From a plasmid, in sequence record NZ_CP036551.1: DNA of 8,306 bases; one strand, written 5' to 3'. Made by a program: the position numbers and the translations under genes. Shown piece by piece: positions 1 to 5,987 of this stretch (its first letter is position 1; each line of letters begins with the position of its first letter). The notes below the pieces were generated by a model. It worked only from the letters and a program-made list of their open reading frames with translations. It did no database searches and was not told where the DNA came from.

Positions 1-39
1 GATGGTTTTTATCAGATAGTAAAAACCGGGAGAAACAGC

Positions 40-88
40 AATCCCCTTGTTTCGCTTTGCCGCAATGGGCAAGAGAAGCAAGGGGATT
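40..88 (-). terminator. Candidate intrinsic terminator 3' of the rng fragment. A 10-bp perfect inverted repeat, AATCCCCTTG/CAAGGGGATT, encloses a nested TTGCC/GGCAA stem.
   Basis: Seen directly: 40-49 aatccccttg is the reverse complement of 79-88 caaggggatt, and an inner TTGCC (56-60) pairs with GGCAA (68-72). On the minus-strand transcript the hairpin is followed by a U-rich stretch (GCUGUUUCUCCCGGUUUUUAC). It lies just after the stop of the minus-strand ORF ending at 115. Confidence 0.35.
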
Positions 89-114
89 ATTGCGTCAGGG
101 GAACCGAATGTCCG

Positions 115-735
115 TTATTTGATTTCGAACTCCTCCTTCATGTCTATTTCTTCGTTGTGCGCGTCATAGAATTTATATTGCAGGAAGGCAAGGCTCTGGT
201 TCGGGATGATACGGATACCGAAACCATATCTCATCTGCCACTTCCGTTTGAGCGACATGAAGCCTTGGTTGATATAGGCAGCCACATAAGGGTGGATGTG
301 CAATGTAAATTTCTTGACCTTCAACTTATTGACCAGGTAGTCAATTTTACTTTCCAGTGTATCTGTAAACAGAATGGAAGGCTTGATTTTCCCTTTGCCG
401 AAACAGGTAGGGCAGTCTTCGTCGGTGGCTACGTCCATAGCGGGACGCACACGCTGACGGGTAATCTGCATCAGACCGAATTTGCTGAGGGGCAGGATGT
501 TGTGCTTTGCACGGTCTTTCTGCATGTTCTGACACATGCGTTCGTACAGTTTCTGGCGGTTTTCGGCAAGGTTCATGTCGATAAAATCGACAACGATGAT
601 TCCTCCCATATCTCTTAACCGAAGCTGGCGTGCCAACTCATCGGCAGCGCCCAAGTTGACGTCGAGGGCATTGGCTTCTTGCCCGTTGGCCGATTTCGAA
701 CGGTTCCCGCTGTTCACGTCTACTACGTGAATCAT
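115..735 (-). pseudogene. rng: 5'-truncated ribonuclease G/E-family gene. Only the C-terminal ~205 aa of the catalytic domain remain: the DNase-I-like region, the Zn-link CPTC and the small domain. The S1 and 5'-sensor N-terminus is absent.
   Basis: The translation carries the hallmark RNase E/G motifs ARQLRLRDMGGIIVVDFIDM and DCPTCFGKGKI. It aligns with E. coli Rng/Rne from about residue 300 onward. The ATG at 733-735 is immediately preceded in frame by a TAA (revcomp of 736-738), so the ~300 N-terminal codons are missing. Confidence 0.8.
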
Positions 736-737
736 TT

Positions 738-1259
738 ATAACTACCATATCCGTAGCCCAGAGTCGTTATCGTGGTTTTGTCAATACCGGTTATTCATTT
801 GGCAGCGGTGAGTATGGTTTCAGTCAATGGCATATCAACACTGTCCATGGCGTAGATCTCTTTCATAACAATCTTTTCATTGGAGGAGGTATAGGGTTGG
901 GTATTTCAACAGAAAGCGACATACTTAAAACATACAGTCTGCCTGTTTTCGCAGATGTACGTTATACACTTTGTAACTTAAAAGTTAAGCCATACATAGA
1001 TATGAAAATCGGATACTCTGAACTTTTTGAAGAAGAACATGATGGTGGAGGTTATAAAAGTGGAGGTTTTTATATTTCCCCCTCTGCCGGAATATCACTG
1101 CCTGTCACAAAAAAGACTTCAATTCATGTTGGTATAGGATATACGTATAACCAGGCAAAATATGAATTCTCTTATATACCGGGAATTGGCTCCATGGGTA
1201 GGAATAATAAAAGATTTAATGCTGGTGGGTTGACTTTATCCGTTGGGGTTTCTTTTTAG
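738..1259 (+). pseudogene. Outer-membrane beta-barrel (porin/OmpW-like small OMP) gene fragment lacking its N-terminus and signal peptide. The listed ORF starts at a TTG at 897, but the frame is open from ~738.
   Basis: The frame is open from 660 with no ATG or signal peptide. The translation shows alternating hydrophobic beta-strand patterning and glycine-rich turns. It ends with the aromatic C-terminal residue typical of OM beta-barrels (...GGLTLSVGVSF). Confidence 0.5.
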
Positions 1260-1270
1260 AACCAAACTTA

Positions 1271-1296
1271 AATACAGGGGACAAACATCCCTCACG
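1271..1296 (-). terminator. Weak candidate terminator hairpin downstream of mobB (AGGGA-N6-UCCCU on the minus transcript).
   Basis: Short 5-bp stem GGGGA/TCCCT near 1277-1293, followed on the minus strand by UGUAUUUAAGUUUGGUU. The stem is weak, and Bacteroides terminators are often atypical. Confidence 0.2.
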
Positions 1297-1314
1297 CAAG
1301 CATGTATCTGTAAT

Positions 1315-2214
1315 TTACATACCCATTCCAAAACCCCGACTTCTTTTCCTGGGCTGGTCGAGTTCTTCCTCCAGCTGCTTCTTCCGCTGTGGTGCCTGGT
1401 TGATTTCCGGAACTTGGGAAATACTGTTTCCCTGTTGTTGGTTCTCTTCACGGCCTTGTTCCTGGTGCGGTTCCTGAAGATCCCGGCTCCATTCGGCTTT
1501 CATCTTTTCAAGCCGTTCATGGTTCACACGTTCCGCCCATTCCTTCTTCTGGAAGATTTCTTTCGGACTTCCGTTCTTCATGGTATTGAGATAGTCAAAG
1601 GTCTGTTCTGGAGCCCGGTCATACCCTGTGCGCTTGTCAAATGAGGTTTCACACTTTCGGAAAAAATCTGTTCTGTCGAAACCGCCCTTCACGTTTCCGC
1701 AGTTCTTCTTCCCGGTGTGGTTGGTCTTTGGGCTTAGCTTCCTGGTGTTGCTCCTGTCCTTCCGGCTTACGATGATATGTGCGTGCATGTCGTACCGGTC
1801 GGCTCCCTTCCTCTCGAAATGGATCTTTCCGTAATACTCGATATCCTCTTTGTTCAAGCCTTTTCCGAACCCTTCCGCATAGTGCTGCATCACATCATCA
1901 CGCACATACTTTCTCATGGCTTCAGCCTGTTCCTTCTCTGTCTTGCCCATCTTCTCCAGCTCCCGGCTGGAAGGGCTTACCGTGATCACATAGAACTTCG
2001 CATCGTTCCGGCTTAATTTTGCCTTGTTGTTGTCTATTTTGAAGGTTACTTCCTGTGCGCTTATGTAGTCACGTGAGTTATTGAAGAACGGCTGTACTTC
2101 CCGGCCGTTCTTCATACGCTCCAGATCCTCATGCTGGAGATAGGTCGTTACTCCTGTGCAGCTCCCTGTATTGGCATAAGTTCCGGAACCGCCACCCTGA
2201 ATCTTTATGTTCAT
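1315..2214 (-). CDS. mobB: Mobilization relaxase, PF03432 relaxase/mobilization nuclease family (Bacteroides MobB type).
   Basis: The N-terminus MNIKIQGGGSGTYANTG resembles the start of Bacteroides MobB-type relaxases. The histidine-triad region HFERKGADRYDMHAHIIVSRKD matches the HxH metal motif of MOB relaxases. Its start overlaps the stop of the upstream mobA by 4 bp (ATGA), indicating an operon. Confidence 0.85.
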   Translation of the reverse strand: MNIKIQGGGSGTYANTGSCTGVTTYLQHEDLERMKNGREVQPFFNNSRDYISAQEVTFKIDNNKAKLSRNDAKFYVITVSPSSRELEKMGKTEKEQAEAMRKYVRDDVMQHYAEGFGKGLNKEDIEYYGKIHFERKGADRYDMHAHIIVSRKDRSNTRKLSPKTNHTGKKNCGNVKGGFDRTDFFRKCETSFDKRTGYDRAPEQTFDYLNTMKNGSPKEIFQKKEWAERVNHERLEKMKAEWSRDLQEPHQEQGREENQQQGNSISQVPEINQAPQRKKQLEEELDQPRKRSRGFGMGM

Positions 2215-2813
2215 AGTCCCCTCCTTTCCTTTTCCCTCTCATAGACCTTGTTTATATCATCGAGCAGCCCGGTCTTTCCTTTTGCATCGAGGAAAGAAAC
2301 AATATGCTTATAGGCTTTAATCTGTGCTGTTTCGCTGGCTTCTATCCGCTTGAAGATAATCTCCTGGTTCTTCCTGATAGTTGAATCTGCATCCCGCACC
2401 GCTTTTTCTGTCTTGCCTATGGCCTTGCCGTTGTTGTCTGAACTGTTGATTATCCCGGCAAGCAGCTCCTTGTTGTCCTTCAGGAACCGCCTGAACTTTT
2501 CTTCCGAAAGTAAGGATGAAAGGCTTATGGTTATCTGCGTGCTGGCTCCGGCCAGAGCTTCACAAGCCGGACGCACAAGATCCGTTTCCTGTTTCTTCAG
2601 GAATGCGAACACCTGGTCCATGCGCTTGATAAGTTTCTGCATTTCCTGTGCCGGGCTTTCATGCTCGACCGGGTTTATACCGTACTTCTCAAAGTAGTTT
2701 ATGGCATGAGTAATAAACTCCATTTTTGACACACTGTTTGCCTTGGCCAGACGGTCAAGTTTAGCAAAAGTAGTACGTTCTACCGCTACCGTTGTTTTGC
2801 TGTCTTTTTCCAT
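2211..2813 (-). CDS. mobA: Relaxosome accessory/mobilization protein (MobA/MobC-like). N-terminal ribbon-helix-helix-like DNA-binding segment and a C-terminal coiled-coil.
   Basis: First gene of a two-gene operon with the relaxase. The N-terminal beta-strand/helix pattern TVAVERTTFAKLDRLAKA is typical of RHH accessory proteins that bind oriT. The C-terminal half is charged and heptad-rich. Confidence 0.6.
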   Translation of the reverse strand: MEKDSKTTVAVERTTFAKLDRLAKANSVSKMEFITHAINYFEKYGINPVEHESPAQEMQKLIKRMDQVFAFLKKQETDLVRPACEALAGASTQITISLSSLLSEEKFRRFLKDNKELLAGIINSSDNNGKAIGKTEKAVRDADSTIRKNQEIIFKRIEASETAQIKAYKHIVSFLDAKGKTGLLDDINKVYEREKERRGL

Positions 2814-2945
2814 GATATTATAAGGCTTATTATAACAAATTAATATGCTAACTAATTGGTTTACAAGATAGTATATTTATTCGTTATAACCAAATTATAT
2901 TAGTATAATTTTCTAAATAGCTGATTTACAGCTAAAAACCACGTA

Positions 2946-2987
2946 GGGCAAGAGGAAAAAACAGGGCTTGCCCGGTTTCCTCTTGCT
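2946..2987. other. Candidate oriT core. A perfect 11-bp inverted repeat, GCAAGAGGAAA (2948-2958) / TTTCCTCTTGC (2976-2986), flanks an inner GGGC/GCCC stem.
   Basis: Seen directly. It lies ~130 bp upstream of the mobA start, in a region full of further imperfect inverted repeats (CTCCCC 3003-3008 / GGGGAG 3032-3037; GGGAgagATAG / CTATCCC 3032-3053). The location and architecture match oriTs of Bacteroides mobilizable elements. Confidence 0.4.
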
Positions 2988-3072
2988 GTTCTATCGAACA
3001 CCCTCCCCAGCGCGAAATCAGCAAAGGGGACGGGGAGAGATAGAACCTATCCCACACACGTGAACACACACG

Positions 3073-3240
3073 AAAACCGCACACCCGGTACACAACAGAA
3101 TTACCCAACAAAACCGCACAACAGAACATGTCCGGAACACCACAAAAAACTCATCGGTCGGGGAGCGCCGCACGGCAAGGGGGTGTACCAACACTCCCGA
3201 CGAGTGCAGCCGTTTGCAGTGCAAATCAGTGTGCGGTTTT
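3073..3240. repeat. Three copies of the 11/12-mer AAAACCGCACA(C): two direct copies and one inverted copy.
   Basis: The motif is exact at 3073-3083 and 3110-3120 on the + strand. Its reverse complement GTGTGCGGTTTT is at 3229-3240. The copies sit in an extremely A+C-skewed stretch (~3040-3150) between the candidate oriT hairpin and the RHH ORF. This looks like a protein-binding site array. Confidence 0.55.
3213..3225. promoter_or_regulatory. 13-bp palindrome TTTGCAgTGCAAA (putative dimeric protein-binding site).
   Basis: Seen directly: TTTGCA (3213-3218), g, TGCAAA (3220-3225). It lies ~80 bp upstream of the 3305 ORF. Confidence 0.35.
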
Positions 3241-3269
3241 ACTTGGATATCCGATATAAAATACCTAAC

Positions 3270-3292
3270 TTTGATTCCGTAACGAAATCAAA
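3270..3292. promoter_or_regulatory. Inverted repeat TTTGATT-N9-AATCAAA immediately upstream of the 3305 ORF. The same arms and spacing recur at 5700-5722, so this is a putative shared operator.
   Basis: Seen directly: TTTGATT 3270-3276, 9-nt spacer, AATCAAA 3286-3292. The second copy has TTTGATT at 5700-5706 and AATCAAA at 5716-5722. Confidence 0.4.
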
Positions 3293-3304
3293 CAAAACAG
3301 ACCT

Positions 3305-3619
3305 ATGGAAAAGGAACCAGGGAAAAAGACCGGGAAAGGTGGAGCCAGAGAAGGTTCCGGAAGAAAGGCCGTGTCCGGCATGTACACCAAGACCATGAGA
3401 GTGCCTACAGTAATGGAAGAAGAAGTACTCTGCCTGATCGACATGTATTCGAACTGGCTGAAGTCCGGGAAAATGGAAAAGGGTATGGCAAGGCGCACCA
3501 CTCCGGAACAGAGAAAAAGAGCTATCCGGTCAATACAGGAGATACTCGAGTATGAGAAGCAGAGCCAGAAAGTACACAAACAGGAAGAAGAGGACAAACG
3601 GCAGCTGTCCTTGTTCTGA
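3305..3619 (+). CDS. Hypothetical small basic DNA-binding protein. It has a Gly/Lys/Arg-rich N-terminal tail, then a ribbon-helix-helix-like core (TMRVPTVMEEEVLCLIDMYSNWLK) and a charged C-terminal helix.
   Basis: The ORF has coding-like codon usage. It is flanked by operator-like inverted repeats upstream and a strong terminator hairpin downstream. I recognise no family confidently. The start could instead be the internal Met (MYTKTMRV...). Confidence 0.5.
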   Translation: MEKEPGKKTGKGGAREGSGRKAVSGMYTKTMRVPTVMEEEVLCLIDMYSNWLKSGKMEKGMARRTTPEQRKRAIRSIQEILEYEKQSQKVHKQEEEDKRQLSLF

Positions 3620-3636
3620 ACAAAAGCATAAAACAA

Positions 3637-3677
3637 AAGTCATCAGAACTTATTTTGTTTTGAAGTTCTGCTGACTT
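3637..3677. terminator. Strong bidirectional terminator hairpin. The 15-bp arms, AAGTCATCAGAACTT / AAGTTCTGCTGACTT, have one mismatch and enclose an 11-nt loop.
   Basis: Seen directly. It sits between the convergent ORFs ending at 3619 (+) and 3693 (-). On the minus transcript it is followed by UUUUGUUUUAUGCUUUUGUU. On the + transcript the tail is T-rich (tttctaaaatggttttgttatttcttc). Confidence 0.6.
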
Positions 3678-3692
3678 TCTAAAATGGTTTTG

Positions 3693-3971
3693 TTATTTCT
3701 TCTTCTTTCCAAACAATTCTGAATGACTGCCAAGCCTAACCAGCTTTACGACTTCATCATCAATCCATATCAAAAGAAAATCATTTTCTACGTGACATTC
3801 CATGTGACCTGCATAATCACCTGAAAGCATATGAGGTTTAAACTCTTTTGGAACATCCTCACAACGTTCCAGGAATCCTACAATTTCATAAAGTTTTTCC
3901 AGTTTGGTATTATCATTCCTGTACCGTTTCAGGTCTTTCCGGAACTGGCCACCAGTCTTAACCTCTCTCAT
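3693..3971 (-). CDS. yafQ: Type II toxin, RelE/ParE superfamily, YafQ-like mRNA interferase.
   Basis: KPHMLSGDYAGHMECHVENDFLLIWIDDEVVKLVRLGSHSELFG aligns closely with E. coli YafQ (KDHPLQGSWKGYRDAHVEPDWILIYKLTDKLLRFERTGTHAALFG). Its ATG overlaps the upstream antitoxin stop (ATGA). Confidence 0.85.
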   Translation of the reverse strand: MREVKTGGQFRKDLKRYRNDNTKLEKLYEIVGFLERCEDVPKEFKPHMLSGDYAGHMECHVENDFLLIWIDDEVVKLVRLGSHSELFGKKKK

Positions 3972-4216
3972 TCACTACAGGATTTTATAAAGTTCTCGAA
4001 GCTGCTTGTATCAACTTTCTTCAGGTTTTTCCCGGCACGAGCTTCTTCTATGGCCGCTTTGGTCTCTTCGTTTGGTTCTGTGTACATGGCATCCATAAGA
4101 AGACATTCTACGAAGTTGTTTAAGCTCCGATGTTCACGTTTGGCAGCACTCTTCAGCATGTCCAGAAGGTTGCTGTCAAGTCTGAATGCAGTTAGTTTCT
4201 TTATTGCTACTTCCAT
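3968..4216 (-). CDS. dinJ: Type II antitoxin, DinJ/RelB-like ribbon-helix-helix. The likely start is the ATG at 4214-4216 (MEVAIKKL...). The six-frame ORF begins earlier at an upstream TTG (4249).
   Basis: RHH pattern LTAFRLDSNLLDMLKSAAKREHRSLNNFVECLL. The C-terminal TEPNEETKAAIEEARAGKNLKKVDTSSFENF parallels the DinJ C-terminus (REPNQLT...EAGIDVHKAKDADDLF). It lies upstream of, and translationally coupled to, the YafQ-like toxin. Confidence 0.8.
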   Translation of the reverse strand: MEVAIKKLTAFRLDSNLLDMLKSAAKREHRSLNNFVECLLMDAMYTEPNEETKAAIEEARAGKNLKKVDTSSFENFIKSCSE

Positions 4217-4252
4217 ATTGTTATACTTTTTATTGCAAATGTATAACAATAT
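4215..4252. promoter_or_regulatory. Perfect 12-bp inverted repeat ATATTGTTATAC-N14-GTATAACAATAT overlapping the antitoxin start codon. It is a putative TA autoregulatory operator.
   Basis: Seen directly: 4215-4226 is the reverse complement of 4241-4252. A Bacteroides -7-like motif TAATTTTG lies on the minus strand at 4285-4278, just upstream. Confidence 0.5.
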
Positions 4253-4340
4253 ATATCAAAAGCAAAGAAAATAAACACAAAATTACTAATATATACATTT
4301 TTTAACGCGCCAGAAAATTTGCCTATCCAAACCCACCTAA

Positions 4341-4368
4341 CTCCCTAAAGGGAGGGTTCTCTTTTTCT
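4341..4368 (+). terminator. Candidate hairpin plus T-run (CTCCC-taaa-GGGAG, then ggttctctttttctcc) in the replication-control region. It may be a terminator or the end of a small regulatory RNA.
   Basis: Seen directly. No + strand CDS lies upstream of it, so any function would be for a non-coding transcript. Weak. Confidence 0.25.
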
Positions 4369-4515
4369 CCTTCTTTGTGCGGTTTTTCAGAGAGGCAAGC
4401 TAGGTCACTTTCACCCTAAAATCCGCTTTCTTGTTAGAATGTCTTTGCAGAATATCTTGTAAGAATGTGTTTTTTTAATTACAAAACACTATATTTCAAT
4501 GTATTACAAATAAAA

Positions 4516-4612
4516 CAAACGTATCAAAACCGACCAAATTACTAAAACAAACGTATCAAAACCGACCAAATTACTAAAATCCCCCCTACCAAAAACCGAC
4601 CAAATTACTAAA
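4516..4612 (+). repeat. Iteron-like direct repeats. A 32-bp unit, CAAACGTATCAAAACCGACCAAATTACTAAAA, is repeated in tandem (4516-4547, 4548-4579). A third copy of the 21-bp core AAAACCGACCAAATTACTAAA lies at 4592-4612.
   Basis: Seen directly: the core is at 4526-4546, 4558-4578 and 4592-4612. It lies ~80 bp upstream of a Rep_3-family initiator gene, within an AT-rich stretch (4440-4520). This matches an iteron-type origin. Confidence 0.7.
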
Positions 4613-4694
4613 GTATAATATAAAAACAGAAAATCTTTTTGTTATTTCGGTTTTTATATGTAGTTTCGCAAAGTAACCTCAAAAAAGCAGTCTT

Positions 4695-5699
4695 ATGGAC
4701 AAACTATTTATCCCAATAACACCACCAACAGAAGAAGAGATCATGCTTATACAGCCCAATAACGTAACATTCGGGCAGTATAATATTTCAGAATGGCAAG
4801 AAAACCTGCTTACCCTTATCAGTGACAAGCTGCAAAAGCATATGACAAGGGAAGAAGAACTGCCACGTGATTTGTTTAATATGCCCTATGTTACTATCCG
4901 ATGCGATGAAGCAGGCGGACAAAACAACAAAACAAAGGTCATAAAAGAAGCGACCGACATGTTAAGCAAAAGGTTTTCTTTCCGTTGGAAGCACCCCAAA
5001 ATAGACAAAGAGGTTGAAACGATTGGTGGTTCTATCCTCATTGCTATACACAACATAAAGGGAACAAACCAAATAATGCTTACCCTTAATCCTTGGGCTA
5101 TTCCGTTCTTAGTCTATTACGGTGTTGGTGTAGGTGGTACAAGGTATTCCAAAGGACTTGCGCTTGGGCTTCGTGGTAACTACACAAAAAGGCTGTATAA
5201 GATAATTTGCAGCCAAAGAGACAGAAAGGAGTATTACTACTCCATACAGCAGTTAAGGAAAGATTTAGAAATACCAGAAAAGCACTCAAACAATGACATA
5301 GACAGAAAAATCCTTAAACCAGCAAAAGAACGTATCAAGGAAAGTGGCTCTGATGTATGGTTTGATTATAAGCTGTTCTGCAAATACCCTGTAAAGGGCA
5401 GGAAGCCCAAAGCTGACACGGTTATTTTCACTATCAACACCCTGCATCCTCGTGAAGAAGGTGGAGAGCAGTACGAACAATATTCGTTTGTTTACAGATG
5501 GGTAAGCAGCGCAATGGATCACCCAACCAACGACAGGGCAGTCAAAGCTGTGGATAAGATAGCTGAACTCGGCAGACTTAAAAACGTGTACGAAAGGTGC
5601 TGTTACTACGATGACAAGGTATGTGCAGGGGATATGGTAAGAAAGCACGCTGAAAATTCACTGCTCAAAATGCTAAGAGAAGAGTTCGGTATAAAATAA
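4695..5699 (+). CDS. repA: Plasmid replication initiator, Rep_3 (RepB/RepA iteron-binding) family.
   Basis: The N-terminal region IQPNNVTFGQYNISEWQENLLTLISDKL matches the Rep_3 pattern (sNeLieA.Y.L...E.rll). A C-terminal second winged-helix-like region (YSIQQLRKDLEIPEKHSNNDIDRKILKPAKERIKESGSDVWFDYK) fits the family. Iterons lie directly upstream. Confidence 0.8.
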   Translation: MDKLFIPITPPTEEEIMLIQPNNVTFGQYNISEWQENLLTLISDKLQKHMTREEELPRDLFNMPYVTIRCDEAGGQNNKTKVIKEATDMLSKRFSFRWKHPKIDKEVETIGGSILIAIHNIKGTNQIMLTLNPWAIPFLVYYGVGVGGTRYSKGLALGLRGNYTKRLYKIICSQRDRKEYYYSIQQLRKDLEIPEKHSNNDIDRKILKPAKERIKESGSDVWFDYKLFCKYPVKGRKPKADTVIFTINTLHPREEGGEQYEQYSFVYRWVSSAMDHPTNDRAVKAVDKIAELGRLKNVYERCCYYDDKVCAGDMVRKHAENSLLKMLREEFGIK

Positions 5700-5734
5700 T
5701 TTGATTTTGTGACACAATCAAAAAAACCAAAGAT

Positions 5735-5920
5735 ATGAAAGAAGGAGATTTGATATTGGTATCTGCTGAAGCCACAGGCTTAGGGGAGCCAATGGAGGCC
5801 GTTATAGACAAGATTGAAACATTCATGGGACAAACCCTTGTAACAGTCACTTACACGCAACCAGACGCCTTATCCGGCTTCGGTGGTTGTTTTGTAGATA
5901 CACACATAACAAAGCAATAA
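5735..5920 (+). CDS. Hypothetical small protein (61 aa), 36 nt downstream of rep.
   Basis: Open frame with coding-like composition and a start just after the 5700-5722 inverted repeat. I recognise no family. Confidence 0.3.
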   Translation: MKEGDLILVSAEATGLGEPMEAVIDKIETFMGQTLVTVTYTQPDALSGFGGCFVDTHITKQ

Positions 5921-5963
5921 TATATTTTTTGTAGAAAGTGTATATTGATAAATATATTCTTTA

Positions 5964-5971
5964 TATTTTTG
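5964..5971 (+). promoter_or_regulatory. Bacteroides -7 promoter motif (TAnnTTTG: TATTTTTG), 16 nt upstream of the 5988 start codon.
   Basis: Established Bacteroides sigma-A (sigmaABfr) consensus TAnnTTTG, seen at 5964-5971. The spacing to the ATG fits a short leader. Confidence 0.35.
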
Positions 5972-5987
5972 CACATAAATCATTGAT

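Noticed and set aside
157-618. 153-aa + strand ORF, with smaller ORFs at 347-535 (-) and 536-730 (+).
   Set aside because: They lie entirely within, and antisense to or out of frame with, the well-supported RNase G fragment. Their composition reflects the opposite-strand codons and they carry no recognisable motifs.
1243-2016. + strand ORFs 1243-1644, 1628-1834, 1777-2016 and 1779-1985, plus the minus-strand ORF 1236-1451 in a different frame.
   Set aside because: The + strand ORFs are antisense to the relaxase gene mobB and 1236-1451 is out of frame within it. All are leucine/serine/proline-rich low-complexity translations typical of shadow ORFs.
2350-2697. 115-aa + strand ORF.
   Set aside because: It is antisense to mobA and is a hydrophobic shadow-frame translation.
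2932-3398. ORFs 2932-3129 (-), 3018-3224 (-) and 3060-3398 (+) across the A+C-skewed region.
   Set aside because: The translations are low-complexity (Cys/Val- or Pro/His/Thr-rich) and are driven by the extreme strand compositional skew. I interpret the region as non-coding oriT/regulatory DNA.
3265-3636. 123-aa minus-strand ORF overlapping the 3305-3619 + strand ORF.
   Set aside because: The + strand frame has charged, coding-like composition and sensible flanking signals. The minus frame is Ser/Cys/Phe-rich shadow sequence.
3831-4274. 147-aa + strand ORF.
   Set aside because: It is antisense to the YafQ/DinJ pair, whose homology is strong. The translation is Phe/Ser/Leu-rich.
4323-4331. 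DnaA-box-like sequence CTATCCAAA.
   Set aside because: It matches the TTATCCACA consensus at only 7 of 9 positions and is a single copy. This is insufficient to call a DnaA box.
4516-4612. Possible CRISPR array, suggested by the regular 32-bp direct repeats.
   Set aside because: The repeats are immediately tandem with no unique spacers. There are only two full units plus a partial one. They lie directly upstream of a Rep_3 gene, so they are iterons, not CRISPR.
5098-5648. Minus-strand ORFs 5098-5289 and 5286-5648 inside rep.
   Set aside because: They are antisense to the Rep_3 gene and have shadow-frame composition.
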